Positions 29,319 through 39,565 of a stretch of DNA of 64,000 nt are shown one piece after another. Origin of the DNA: Spirochaetia bacterium (GTDB lineage Bacteria > Spirochaetota > Spirochaetia > CADAEX01); the NCBI GenBank assembly GCA_963662795.1, contig OY759746.1, positions 2,503,817-2,567,816 of the forward strand. The letters run 5' to 3'. Below the pieces are notes generated by a model, which searched no databases, was not told the origin of the DNA, and saw nothing but the letters and a program-made list of their open reading frames with translations. The stretch's first letter is position 1. Each line of letters begins with the position of its first letter. Both the position numbers and the translations under genes were made by a program.

Positions 29319-32300
29319 ATGGAAGAACTCGAAATATCAAAAGTCAACCTGGACCGGAACATGGTTATTGAAGCATCTGCCGGCACGGGAAAAACCTACA
29401 GCCTGGAACATCTAGTTATCCGCTATATAGCTGAAAAAGGGTATGACATATCTGAAATACTTGCCGTAACATTTACTGAAAAAGCCGCACTTGAACTTAA
29501 AAGCAGGATCAGGGCTCTTCTTCGTGAAACAATCAATGAGAGCAGTAATTTGTACAGTAAAAGAGAAACGGAAAGGCTCAGGAAAGCCTTTACAGGATTC
29601 AGCGATGCCCAGATATTTACAATACATGCTTTCTGCCAGTCCTGCATAAAGAATTATCCTTTTGAGAGCAAGGCGGCTTTCAGAACTGCAATAATGGATT
29701 CAAAAGATCTCTACAGGGAAACTGTTCTTGATTATTTCAGGACTGCGGAAGACGACCTTGACAGCTGTTACCAGAGTTTCAGAAAAAACAATAAAGAATT
29801 TGAAGATGCGGCAGATTTTTTTATTTCACTTCTGGAAAACCCGTCTGTGCTGGAAGCGGAAGAAAATACTGTTATTCCCGGAAAGGAAGATGTTGAAAGA
29901 CTTGAAGAAAATATTTTTATGTTCAATAACTCATCCGGTCCGGTTTATCAGGCTGTCAGGGCTCTTTATGAGTGCAGTTTCGACTCCGGGACTGTTGAAA
30001 ATATTTCAAAAACCGTAAAACTCGGGTTCAGGGACAGTACTTTTGAAAAACTTTCAGCACTGCTGCGTCTTGTAGCCTCATCGCAAAGTCTTTATGAAAT
30101 ATTTTCAGATGATTTTACTGCAGACGCAGGAAAACTCAGGAAACTGACAATCGAATTTATCAGGGGCAGGGGATTTGATCCGGAAAGTCTTGATAATAAA
30201 AGTTTTCAGCTGGTAAAGGCTGTTTCTGATTTTTTTAACGCTGTTGACATGTTTGCGGACCGGGATGAAAGCGGTTCTGTTATTAATTATCTATATCATA
30301 ATATTGCTGGTTTCACTTTCATTAAAAAGGCATCGGAAAAAATCAGCTCTATCGCGGAAAGGAAAAAAAAGAGCGCATCCCTTCTTGATTTCAATGATCT
30401 TATCAGGATAACACGGGACTCTGTCAGTAATCCTGATTCATCACTGAATGCTGAGCTGATGCGGAAATACAAAGTAGTTCTAGTTGATGAATTTCAGGAT
30501 ACGGACCTTGCGCAGTGGGAGATATTCAGCAGAATTTTTAATCAAAAATCCCATGTAATGATTCTGATAGGAGATCCCAAGCAGTCTATTTACCGCTTCA
30601 GGGGCGCAGATCTTGAAATTTATTTCAGGGCAGTTGAATCGCTTTCGCCTGTCTCCAGGTGCCGGCTTGCGACATGCTACAGATCTCCTGAGAGCGTGGT
30701 CAGCGGGATTAACGATATATTCAGCAGGGTTTTTTCATATACTTCCGGCGGGGGTCACAGGATTAATTATGCTGATGTGAAAAGCGCGCCTGCCAGTCAG
30801 GCGGAAACTGATAAGATAACTGGCAATGAGGAATCAGCCCCGGTTATTGAAACCGGAATAGAAATACTTGGGCTGGAAAACAACAGCGATAACAGTTCAA
30901 AGGGAAAAATATCAGTAATAATTGAGAATATTTATGCTGATGAAATTGCATCCCTTCTTTTAAATGGTGTTTCCCCATCTGATATATGTGTTCTCATGGA
31001 AGCCAACAGCGACTGCATATCAATGCTTGATGCATTGAAAGAGAGGAACATTCCTTCAGTCTACGAGGGTGATATAAATCTTTTTGATTCTGCGGAATCC
31101 GCCCAGTTTGCAGATTTTTTATACGCGCTTTCACAGCCTGCCTCTATTCCTGTACTTAAAAAAGCCCTTTTTTCCGATTTTTTCCGGTTTTCAGCAGAAG
31201 ACATCCTCAGAATTGAAAAAGACAACAGCATTGAAAGGGTTATAACAATCTTTTCACTCTGGAGCGCCAAAACTGCATCAGGGCATCTTTATGAAGTATT
31301 CGACACTGTCTTTTACAGTGAAAATCCGTTTGCCGGAATTGCAGAGTTAAATCAAACCGACAGGGTTCCATATATTGCAAGAAAGCTGGCTGAACCCGGA
31401 GGCGAAAGAAAGGTTTCAAATATTCTTCAGATAGCGGAACTATTGACTGTAAAAAACATTCAGGAGAAAGAAAACGCCGCTGCGATATTGCGTTATCTGA
31501 TTTCTGTTATTGAAGGTTCGCAGCAGAGCGATCAGAAGAATATAAGGCTTGCCCATGACAGGAGCTGTGTAAATGTGATGACAATACACAAAAGCAAAGG
31601 GCTTGAGTTCCCTGTCGTTTTTTTTGCCGGGGGTCTAAGTACTTCAAAGCCCGCGCCGCACAGGGAATCCTGGTATGAATATATTGAAAACGGCCGAAGA
31701 TATGCTGATTTTACCAGAAAAAACGAAAACAGGTTAAAACAATTCAGGGAAATGTGGGAAGAGAAAAAAAGACTCTATTATGTTGCAATGACACGTGCTT
31801 CAAAAAAACTGTATCTCCCATTAATCAAAAACGGAGCTCCTGGAAACCTGAGCAGTTTTTACGCATCACTTGTTTATGAAAATTTGTGCAGCGGACTTGA
31901 AGAAGGAGGTATTGCAATTTCACTGCCTCTCGATATCAGACCGGAACATATTCCAAAAAAGATGAAAATGGAAGAAGCGAAAACCATTGTCTCTGAAAAA
32001 ATATATACACTGATAAAAAATTTCTCCGAACAAAGGAAATATATTAAATTCAGATCCTTTGATGTCGAATCTTCTGAATTTGAAAAAACTCCTCCAGTCT
32101 GTTTTTTGCCTGTTAAACAAAAAAATGCGGGCAGGCTGCACCTTGCTAAACCTGATTATGATAAAAAAACAGCAGGGAGAGGAATACCGCTTTACAGTTA
32201 CTCCAGTCTGTCAAGAACCGGGACAGCGGGTTCTGCATCTGAGTCTGAGCAGCAGCATAACCGGATTAAGCATCTGGAGATGAAAGAGGAAAAAACAGAT

Positions 32301-33071
32301 GATGAAAAAGAGACTATTGAAATTGAAGGAATCAAGGGGATAAAGGGAGCAGACTTCGGCAATATCATGCATAAAATTCTTGAAACTTCCGATTACGCAA
32401 AAACCCTTTCTTTAGGAAGTGAGGATGCTGCTGCCGGGGATCAGGAACTGATTGACCTTGCTGTTTCATCCGCGAGAAATTATGTCTCATCATCTCTTGC
32501 TGAAGTTTGCAGTAAGTCAGTTGTCCGGCTTTTGTACAGGACATTAAACTGCACTATTTATCCAAACGGTGTTCCTGTAAAGATCGGCGAAATCAGTGAA
32601 GCCGACAGGAGGCATGAGGTTGAATTTTTAATAAAGGTAAAAGAAGGTCATATTGCTGACATACCTGATATGCCGGATATTTTGCTTGAGGACGGCTATC
32701 TTAAAGGATTTATTGATCTTATTTTCCGTTTTAATAATGCATATTATATTATTGACTGGAAAACAAACTATCTTGGCGCATCTCTTGCCGATTATGAAAA
32801 AGCAAGCCTTGAAAGTGCCATGAGGCAAAACAATTATATGCTACAGATGAATCTTTATATGGCTGCACTTGAGATGATAATTGAATCGGAAAACTCAGCC
32901 TCCTCTCCTGCCGCAGGAGGATGTTATTATCTTTTTTTAAGGGGCCTTTCTGCAGCACCAGATGAAGATTCAGCAAAAAATATCCATCCCGGCATCTACT
33001 TTTCTCCTTTTGAAAGAGAAAAAACGCTCAGACTTAAAAGAATACTGACCGGGAAAGGAGTTTCGGCTTGA
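29319..33071 (+). CDS. recB: exodeoxyribonuclease V beta subunit RecB (UvrD-type helicase + PD-(D/E)XK nuclease)
   Basis: Walker A ASAGTGKT, VLVDEFQDT, TIHKSKGLEF, and the C-terminal nuclease motif GFIDLIF...YYIIDWKTN. Confidence 0.92.
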   Translation: MEELEISKVNLDRNMVIEASAGTGKTYSLEHLVIRYIAEKGYDISEILAVTFTEKAALELKSRIRALLRETINESSNLYSKRETERLRKAFTGFSDAQIFTIHAFCQSCIKNYPFESKAAFRTAIMDSKDLYRETVLDYFRTAEDDLDSCYQSFRKNNKEFEDAADFFISLLENPSVLEAEENTVIPGKEDVERLEENIFMFNNSSGPVYQAVRALYECSFDSGTVENISKTVKLGFRDSTFEKLSALLRLVASSQSLYEIFSDDFTADAGKLRKLTIEFIRGRGFDPESLDNKSFQLVKAVSDFFNAVDMFADRDESGSVINYLYHNIAGFTFIKKASEKISSIAERKKKSASLLDFNDLIRITRDSVSNPDSSLNAELMRKYKVVLVDEFQDTDLAQWEIFSRIFNQKSHVMILIGDPKQSIYRFRGADLEIYFRAVESLSPVSRCRLATCYRSPESVVSGINDIFSRVFSYTSGGGHRINYADVKSAPASQAETDKITGNEESAPVIETGIEILGLENNSDNSSKGKISVIIENIYADEIASLLLNGVSPSDICVLMEANSDCISMLDALKERNIPSVYEGDINLFDSAESAQFADFLYALSQPASIPVLKKALFSDFFRFSAEDILRIEKDNSIERVITIFSLWSAKTASGHLYEVFDTVFYSENPFAGIAELNQTDRVPYIARKLAEPGGERKVSNILQIAELLTVKNIQEKENAAAILRYLISVIEGSQQSDQKNIRLAHDRSCVNVMTIHKSKGLEFPVVFFAGGLSTSKPAPHRESWYEYIENGRRYADFTRKNENRLKQFREMWEEKKRLYYVAMTRASKKLYLPLIKNGAPGNLSSFYASLVYENLCSGLEEGGIAISLPLDIRPEHIPKKMKMEEAKTIVSEKIYTLIKNFSEQRKYIKFRSFDVESSEFEKTPPVCFLPVKQKNAGRLHLAKPDYDKKTAGRGIPLYSYSSLSRTGTAGSASESEQQHNRIKHLEMKEEKTDDEKETIEIEGIKGIKGADFGNIMHKILETSDYAKTLSLGSEDAAAGDQELIDLAVSSARNYVSSSLAEVCSKSVVRLLYRTLNCTIYPNGVPVKIGEISEADRRHEVEFLIKVKEGHIADIPDMPDILLEDGYLKGFIDLIFRFNNAYYIIDWKTNYLGASLADYEKASLESAMRQNNYMLQMNLYMAALEMIIESENSASSPAAGGCYYLFLRGLSAAPDEDSAKNIHPGIYFSPFEREKTLRLKRILTGKGVSA

Positions 33072-34885
33072 AAGCAGATCCCTTTTATAATAAATATCTC
33101 GACAGCGGAATAGATTCAAGATATCCGATTCTTGCGAGGTTTTTATGCGGCAAATACGGTTTACAGGATAACAGCTCCCTTTTTTATTTTTTAAGTGCAG
33201 TATTCTTATTACTTGAAAGAGGACATTTGAGATTAAATATTGATACTGTAAAGGAAGAGCTTGAAAAACTTAAATTTACAGCATCGGATAAGGAAAGGGA
33301 GGCGCTTGAATTATTGATTAATTCAATTGATGATCCTCGCCGGATAATCAGGGAAAACATTTCTCTTTTTATTTCAGATAAAGAGTCAGACCGTGGAGTA
33401 AGATCTCCGTTTGTCCTGCTTGAAAATGGCAGCTTTCTTTCAACAGAGAAGCTGTACCGTGAAGAAAAAAGATTTATTACTGCTTTTAAAAAGCATCTGA
33501 TGCCGGAAAAAGCATCTGAAATAAAAAGCGGTTCCAAAAAAGAAAAGGGAATTTATTCTGTAATAGCATCAATAGAGAACAGAACTCAGATAATTTTTGA
33601 GGAAAAACAGAAACAGGCAATTTTAAAAACATTTGAATGGCCCCTCTCTGTTATTGCAGGGGGTCCGGGAACAGGCAAGACCACTGTAATAACAGCTGTG
33701 ATTGAAGCCCATCTTTCCATAGATCCTTCTATCTCCGGACTTATTGCTCTTGCCGCACCCACCGGAAGGGCCGCTCAGAGACTTGAGGTCGCTCTCGGCA
33801 GTAATCCGGCATACAGTGTAATGGAAAAACCAAAAACCATGCACAGACTTTTAGGGATAGGATATAAAAAGAAATCTGCTGTCCGCCAGGCAATCCTCCC
33901 GTACCATCTTATTGTTATTGATGAATCTTCCATGCTTGATCTTGGAATAATGAATATCCTTTTATCCTCGCTCAGGGAGAACTGCAGGCTTGTTCTTGTC
34001 GGAGATCCTCAGCAACTGCCGTCAGTCGGCGCAGGAACTGTTTTTTCAGATATTATGGAAAGTGTGGATGATGAAAGGCATATTCTTCATGAAAGGTATA
34101 TCAGGCTTGATACGGTAAAAAGATCCAAAGGAGAGATACCGGTTTTCGCGGAAAATATAAGACAGGGTAAGTTAATCCTGCCTGAGGAAAAGAGCAGCTT
34201 AAAAGATGACGCCTTCGGGAATGCCGAAGGCAAAGAGGCAGGCAGCGCTGTTTTTTTGATGCGGCCGGAACTCGACACTGTCCTTAACCTGGCCGCTCTT
34301 AAATACAAAAAGTTAAGAGAATATGCAGAACAGGATGACATTGCCTTATTGCCTGATTTTCTATCGCAGTTTGTTCTCCTCTCACCGCATAACTACGGGC
34401 AGTGGGGCACTGATAATCTTAACAAAAAAATATCGGAAAGACTTTCTGCAGGGGAGAGGGGATTTTATCCGGGAATGCCGGTGATGATTTTGCGCAACGA
34501 TTACCAGAATGATCTCTATAACGGTGACAGGGGTATTATAATATTTGAAAATTCAATATTTCATGCAATTTTCCGGGATAACCACGGCCGGATCCGAAAG
34601 GTTCCCGCAGCCATGCTTAAAGATTGGGAAGTCTCCTATGCCCAGACAATACATAAAAGCCAGGGGAATGAATATGATACTGCAGCTGTAATTCTGGATA
34701 AATCAGCAGAAAAAATGCTTACAAATGAAATTCTCTATACAGCTGTTACAAGGGCGAAAAAAGAAGTTTTGATATTCGGGGAAAAAGAAATTATTGAAGC
34801 TGCATTAAAGAAAAAAGTAGTGCGATGCTCAGGAATAGACAGGTCGATGATCAAAAGCACCACCGGCCTGCCTGAAGGAAAATAA
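33068..34885 (+). CDS. recD: exodeoxyribonuclease V alpha subunit RecD
   Basis: GGPGTGKTT, VIDESSMLD, LVGDPQQLPSVGAG and TIHKSQGNEY. The TTG start overlaps the recB stop, so the start is not certain. Confidence 0.9.
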   Translation: MKADPFYNKYLDSGIDSRYPILARFLCGKYGLQDNSSLFYFLSAVFLLLERGHLRLNIDTVKEELEKLKFTASDKEREALELLINSIDDPRRIIRENISLFISDKESDRGVRSPFVLLENGSFLSTEKLYREEKRFITAFKKHLMPEKASEIKSGSKKEKGIYSVIASIENRTQIIFEEKQKQAILKTFEWPLSVIAGGPGTGKTTVITAVIEAHLSIDPSISGLIALAAPTGRAAQRLEVALGSNPAYSVMEKPKTMHRLLGIGYKKKSAVRQAILPYHLIVIDESSMLDLGIMNILLSSLRENCRLVLVGDPQQLPSVGAGTVFSDIMESVDDERHILHERYIRLDTVKRSKGEIPVFAENIRQGKLILPEEKSSLKDDAFGNAEGKEAGSAVFLMRPELDTVLNLAALKYKKLREYAEQDDIALLPDFLSQFVLLSPHNYGQWGTDNLNKKISERLSAGERGFYPGMPVMILRNDYQNDLYNGDRGIIIFENSIFHAIFRDNHGRIRKVPAAMLKDWEVSYAQTIHKSQGNEYDTAAVILDKSAEKMLTNEILYTAVTRAKKEVLIFGEKEIIEAALKKKVVRCSGIDRSMIKSTTGLPEGK

Positions 34886-34893
34886 CCGGAAAA

Positions 34894-35397
34894 TTATGAT
34901 GTGCTTTCGTCGCCTCTTGCAATCAGTGTCTTTCCGGTTCTTACTACTTCAAGAATCCCGTAAGGTTCAAAAGTTTTTTTAACGGCATCAATTTTTTCAG
35001 ATGATCCCGTAACCTCAAAAGCTACTGTTTTGTCGGCAATATCAACTGTAGCGCCCTTGAATGCAGTGATCAGCTGAAAAACATCTGCCCTTTTTTCAGA
35101 ATCACAGAATACTTTAAGCAGGGCAAGTTCCCTCTCAATTGTATTTTTACCGGTATTATCAGTTGCGTGCACAACGTCGACAAGCTTATTTAACTGTTTG
35201 ATTATCTGATCAAGAGTTTTGTTGTCTCCTGTCGCTGCTATTGTCATCCTTGAGAATTCGGGGACATTGCCTTCAGATACAACAAGGCTGTCTATATTGA
35301 AACCTCTCCGCGCAAACACAAGAGCAATTCTGATAAGTACGCCGGGTTTGTTGTTTACAAGAAGGCTTATGGAATGTTTTCTAATTTCTTCGGTCAT
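34894..35397 (-). CDS. ilvN: acetolactate synthase small (regulatory) subunit
   Basis: ACT domain HSISLLVNNKPGVLIRIALVFARRGFNIDSL. It lies 2 nt downstream of ilvB. Confidence 0.92.
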   Translation of the reverse strand: MTEEIRKHSISLLVNNKPGVLIRIALVFARRGFNIDSLVVSEGNVPEFSRMTIAATGDNKTLDQIIKQLNKLVDVVHATDNTGKNTIERELALLKVFCDSEKRADVFQLITAFKGATVDIADKTVAFEVTGSSEKIDAVKKTFEPYGILEVVRTGKTLIARGDESTS

Positions 35398-35399
35398 GA

Positions 35400-37118
35400 T
35401 CAGGTACCTCCAACCGGTTTATCAAGTTTTATTTTCGGAGCTTCAAGTATCATCGCGCTTAATGGGGCCCCGGCTGGAACCATGGGATAGACGTTATCTT
35501 CTTTTTCAACTTCGATATCTATCAGGCATGGTCCGTCATTATATTCAAGCGCTTCTTTAAGTATTTTTCTGACATCAGCGCTTCTCTTTATGCAGTACCC
35601 CTTAATCCCGTAGCTTTTGGCAAGCATTACAAAACTGGGGTTGCCCTGAAGGTCTACACCGGAGAGTCTGTTTTCATAAAAAATATTCTGCCATTGTCTT
35701 ACCATTCCGAGAAATTTGTTGTTTATTACAATAATTTTTACCGGCAGCTTGTTTACAGCTGCAGTTGAGAGTTCGCTCATTGTCATCTGAAACCCGCCGT
35801 CGCCTACTATTGCTACAACCTGTTTTTCCGGCATTCCTATCTGTGCGCCTATTGCCGCGGGAAAACCGTATCCCATAGTTCCGGCTCCTCCGGATGAAAT
35901 CCATTGGTTGGGGAAAGAAGTTTTATAAAATTGCGCAGTCCACATCTGATGCTGACCTACATCTGTTGTGACAATTGCTTTCCCTTTAGTCAGTGTATAA
36001 AGTTCGTCAAGAACATGCTGAACCTTAAGCTTTCCCTGTTTTTTATATTTAAGCGGATACTGTTTTTTCAGCTTATTGACATATTTTATCCACTCTTCAG
36101 TTTCACCCCTTGTGGCAATAGCGTTAATTGCCTCAACAATTTTTTTTGCATCGCCGACAATTCCCAGATCAACCTGGATAACCTTGTTTATTTCAGCGGG
36201 ATCAATATCTATATGAATTTTTACGGCCCGTGTGCAGAATTCATCAACTTTTCCAATGATCCTGTCATCCCATCTTGAGCCTATTGACATGATAAGGTCA
36301 CATTCAACAATCGCCTTGTTTGCATATGCAGTCCCGTGCATACCCGGCATCCCAAGATTCAGTTCATTGGTTTCGGGAAAACACCCTTTCCCGAGCAGGG
36401 TATTGACAACCGGTATTCTCATTTTTTCCGCAAGATAAGCAACTGCTTTCGATGCTTTTGAAATAATGGCTCCATGTCCGACAAGGAGAATAGGTTTTCT
36501 TGCCTCATTCAGATATTTTGCTGCCTGTTTTATTGATTCGGAATCAAGGGAATCAGGTATTTTATAACCCGGCAATGTAAAATCTGATAATATTTTTGAG
36601 GGATCAAGCAGTTTGCTTGTTACATCCTTTGGCAGGTCAATGAGGACAGGACCAGGCCTTCCTGTCTGAGCTATATAAAAAGCTTCCTTTACAATTCTGG
36701 GTATATCTTCCGCGTTTTTTACAAGATAGGAGTGTTTGACAACCGGTGAGGAAATACCTGAAACATCAGCTTCCTGAAATGAGTCAAGCCCGAGTGTAAA
36801 AGTAGGCATCTGCCCGCAAATGACTACTATAGGTATTGAATCCATCTGCGCTGTAAAAATACCGGTAATTGTATTTGTCGCTCCCGGTCCTGACGTTACC
36901 AGAACTACGCCTGGCCTGCCTGTTGCTCTGGCATATCCGTCTGCCATGTGTGTGGCTCCCTGTTCATGCCTTGTTAAAATCAAATTAATCGGAGAATCAA
37001 GCAATGCATCAAAAATAGGAATGGCTGAACCACCGGGATATCCGAAGATATATTCAGTTCCTTCTTTTTGAATGGCATCTACAAGAATTTCTGCCCCTGT
37101 TTTCATAATATTACTCAT
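35400..37118 (-). CDS. ilvB: acetolactate synthase large (catalytic) subunit
   Basis: ThDP enzyme motifs ([22 protein letters not shown]...NN). 572 aa. Confidence 0.95.
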   Translation of the reverse strand: MSNIMKTGAEILVDAIQKEGTEYIFGYPGGSAIPIFDALLDSPINLILTRHEQGATHMADGYARATGRPGVVLVTSGPGATNTITGIFTAQMDSIPIVVICGQMPTFTLGLDSFQEADVSGISSPVVKHSYLVKNAEDIPRIVKEAFYIAQTGRPGPVLIDLPKDVTSKLLDPSKILSDFTLPGYKIPDSLDSESIKQAAKYLNEARKPILLVGHGAIISKASKAVAYLAEKMRIPVVNTLLGKGCFPETNELNLGMPGMHGTAYANKAIVECDLIMSIGSRWDDRIIGKVDEFCTRAVKIHIDIDPAEINKVIQVDLGIVGDAKKIVEAINAIATRGETEEWIKYVNKLKKQYPLKYKKQGKLKVQHVLDELYTLTKGKAIVTTDVGQHQMWTAQFYKTSFPNQWISSGGAGTMGYGFPAAIGAQIGMPEKQVVAIVGDGGFQMTMSELSTAAVNKLPVKIIVINNKFLGMVRQWQNIFYENRLSGVDLQGNPSFVMLAKSYGIKGYCIKRSADVRKILKEALEYNDGPCLIDIEVEKEDNVYPMVPAGAPLSAMILEAPKIKLDKPVGGT

Positions 37119-37404
37119 TACGACCTCTGGTGAATAGGAATAAATAAAGAATATTTAATATAATTAAGCTATATATTGAAAACTGTCAATAAAAAAACAT
37201 AAATAACATGAAAAACCTGCTTTAAGAATATTAAAATACAAAAAAATGACCGTAAAAATTGTAAAAACGGTTTAGTAGAATAAACAATGACATAAATATA
37301 GCACAAATATTTGATATATCATTGAAGCTGTGTACTGCCCAATGGTGTGCAGGTAATTATTTTCCCTGTTTACCAAGACTGCATTGTTCTGTATTATTTC
37401 AGGG

Positions 37405-38124
37405 ATGAAAAAAGAAGTTATTGATGGGAAAATTAACCAAAACAGACCGGGATTTATCGGCAGCTTAAAACTATATATAAAAAATCAGAAGGAAAGACCT
37501 CAGACCGTCCGGGAGGAGGTTTTTAATTCCGTTACACACGGCATCGGGACTCTTGCTGCAGTTGCAGGAACAATTATTCTTGTTGTTTTTTCAATAAGCC
37601 GGGGACGCCCTGCCATAATAACTTGCGGTGTCGCGATATATGGAAGTGCGATGATTCTCCTTTATCTTGCCTCAACCCTGTATCATTGTCTTTCATTTAC
37701 AAAGGCAAAGGAAGTTTTTAAGGTTTTTGATCACTGCGCTATCTTCATACTTATTGCAGGAACCTATACGCCGATAGCGTTCCAAATCGGCGGTACCTGG
37801 GGGTGGATTATTTTCGGGATAGTGTGGGGACTGACTGTGCTCGGCATTGTCCTTGAATCTGTATTCAAGTCAGGCGTTAAAAAAATATCAATGTTTATAT
37901 ACCTTGCTATGGGCTGGCTTGTTGTTATCGCCTGGAACCCGCTGCTTGATCATATTAATTACGGTATGATTTTCTGGCTTATAGCCGGAGGACTTTCCTA
38001 CACGGGCGGCGTAATTTTTTATATACTGCCCGGACAGTATTTTTTCCATGTTTTATGGCATTTTGCAGTACTTGCCGGTACTGTATTCCATTTTTTCGGA
38101 ATATTGTTTTATATAGTATTGTAG
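37405..38124 (+). CDS. hemolysin III / PAQR-family membrane protein
   Basis: Seven TM segments, the EEVFNSVTHGIG motif and C-terminal HxxxH (HVLWH). Start moved to ATG at 37405 (the track used an upstream TTG). Confidence 0.85.
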   Translation: MKKEVIDGKINQNRPGFIGSLKLYIKNQKERPQTVREEVFNSVTHGIGTLAAVAGTIILVVFSISRGRPAIITCGVAIYGSAMILLYLASTLYHCLSFTKAKEVFKVFDHCAIFILIAGTYTPIAFQIGGTWGWIIFGIVWGLTVLGIVLESVFKSGVKKISMFIYLAMGWLVVIAWNPLLDHINYGMIFWLIAGGLSYTGGVIFYILPGQYFFHVLWHFAVLAGTVFHFFGILFYIVL

Positions 38125-38205
38125 AAAATGCATTCAGCTGCTCTAATCCTGAATAAAAATTCATAAAATATACAGATTATATTGCCGGCACAGAAAATAA
38201 TGCTT

Positions 38206-38883
38206 CTATTTCGGGTTATTATTCACTAAGTCAGCCATCATTTCCTCTTTTTTGTTCACATGATAAAAAAGATTTTCTATTTCAACAGCGAGATTTATGT
38301 TGTTGATCACATAACAGCTTTTGCTGTCCAGCGGGATCTGGGAGTCCTTGGTGCACTTGAGCTCAACCGGTGAAAAATTAAGATAGCCGAGAATACCGGC
38401 TTTTATCATTTTTTCAAAAACTTCGGTTGCAGCTGACTCCGGAACAGCAATAACCCCGACTTTAATCTGTCTGTCGTGAACAAAATTATCAAGCTCAGAC
38501 ATCGGAAGGATAAGGATATCCCCCTTGTATGAGACCTTGTCCGGCAGAATGTCAAATCCGGCGGCAACTGTTATGCCGTCCCTTGCAAGACCGTTGTACT
38601 GCATTATTGCTGTCCCTATCTTGCCGCATCCGACAACAATAATTTCAAGGGGATTGTTTTTTCCGAGGATTGTATCGATCTCAGCAATAAGCTCGTCAAT
38701 TACATATCCCCCTCTCTTGTTGCCTTTAATTTTAAGGCAGGAGAAATCCTTTCTGACAAGTGCGGAGGTAACCCCGAGCGCATCACCAAGGTTGTTTGAA
38801 AAAACTTTTTCAAGACCAAGCGCCTTTAATTTCTGGAGAAGCCTTTTATATTTGGATAATCTAAGGATAATTTCTTTGTTCAT
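38206..38883 (-). CDS. rex: redox-sensing transcriptional repressor Rex
   Basis: wHTH RLSKYKRLL...SNNLGDALGVTSALVRKDFS plus the Rossmann fold VVGCGKIGTAI. Confidence 0.92.
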   Translation of the reverse strand: MNKEIILRLSKYKRLLQKLKALGLEKVFSNNLGDALGVTSALVRKDFSCLKIKGNKRGGYVIDELIAEIDTILGKNNPLEIIVVGCGKIGTAIMQYNGLARDGITVAAGFDILPDKVSYKGDILILPMSELDNFVHDRQIKVGVIAVPESAATEVFEKMIKAGILGYLNFSPVELKCTKDSQIPLDSKSCYVINNINLAVEIENLFYHVNKKEEMMADLVNNNPK

Positions 38884-38996
38884 AGCTTAAAGATGTTATT
38901 ATATTCACATTAAATTGTCAATAATGTTTTTATCATGCTTAAAAAACATCATGCAGACAAAATTATCACAAAAACCGCAGTTTGAGGTATTTAATA

Positions 38997-39025
38997 TTGA
39001 ATAATACTCAATAATAACATATAAT
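38997..39025 (+). promoter_or_regulatory. candidate sigma-70 promoter of the hydrogenase operon: TTGAAT-N17-TATAAT
   Basis: TTGAAT at 38997-39002, an exact 17-nt spacer, and TATAAT at 39020-39025. This sits 48 nt upstream of the ATG at 39073. Confidence 0.55.
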
Positions 39026-39072
39026 GCTGTCGGAAAATACTGTTCAAGAACAGATAAAATAATGGAGGTTTC

Positions 39073-39561
39073 ATGTCTGTACAAACTGCTGTAGAGATAA
39101 AATTCTCAAAAGAGCTTCTTGCTTTTATTGAGGATTGGAAAGAGAAGCCGGGCAACCTGATAATGGTTCTTCACAAGGTTCAGGAAGAATTCGGTTACGT
39201 ACCGAGACAGGCTGCAATAAAGGTTTCTGATCTTCTTGAGGTACCCCTTGCCAAGGTATACGGGGTAATGACATTTTACCATTTTTTTAAATCTACCAAA
39301 CCGGGAAAGTATAATATTCAGGTCTGTCTGGGCACTGCCTGTTATTTAAAAGGTGGAGAGGATCTTCTTCAGGAGCTGGAAACAGTACTTGGAATAGGGA
39401 TTAATCAAGTAACTGAAGATGGAATGTTCTCCTATGAATCAGTCCGGTGTGTCGGCTGCTGCGGTCTTGCCCCGGTTATGGTTGCTGGGGGAGAGGTTTT
39501 CGGCAAGCTGACAAAGGATTCCATCCCTGAAATTATTGCTAATTTAAAAAACCAGGGGTGA
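39073..39561 (+). CDS. hydC: NuoE-like [2Fe-2S] subunit of NAD(P)H-dependent [FeFe]-hydrogenase (HydC type)
   Basis: Thioredoxin-like 2Fe-2S motif CLGTAC...CVGCCGLAP. Confidence 0.88.
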   Translation: MSVQTAVEIKFSKELLAFIEDWKEKPGNLIMVLHKVQEEFGYVPRQAAIKVSDLLEVPLAKVYGVMTFYHFFKSTKPGKYNIQVCLGTACYLKGGEDLLQELETVLGIGINQVTEDGMFSYESVRCVGCCGLAPVMVAGGEVFGKLTKDSIPEIIANLKNQG

Positions 39562-39565
39562 GACT

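Noticed and set aside
25893-34885. The recC-recB-recD cluster abutting an MFS gene (TAA immediately followed by ATG at 25890-25895), considered as an unusual or defence-related locus.
   Set aside because: All three genes have canonical lengths and motifs, and this is ordinary RecBCD. The tight junction with the transporter gene suggests co-transcription but nothing more.
37119-37404. The 286-bp AT-rich region upstream of ilvB, examined for a T-box, leader-peptide attenuator or small RNA.
   Set aside because: Minus-strand mini-ORFs (MLFMFFY, and a 20-aa MSLFILLNRFYNFYGHFFVF) are not Ile/Val/Leu-run leaders. No specifier or terminator-antiterminator structure or T-box consensus was visible. 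Only weak 5-bp hairpins are present.
38904-38921. TTCACA-ttaaa-TTGTCAA, considered as a Rex operator.
   Set aside because: The half-sites are in everted order relative to the Rex consensus TTGTGAA-N4-TTCACAA. The TTGTCAA part is better explained as the rc of a TTGACA -35 box for rex itself.
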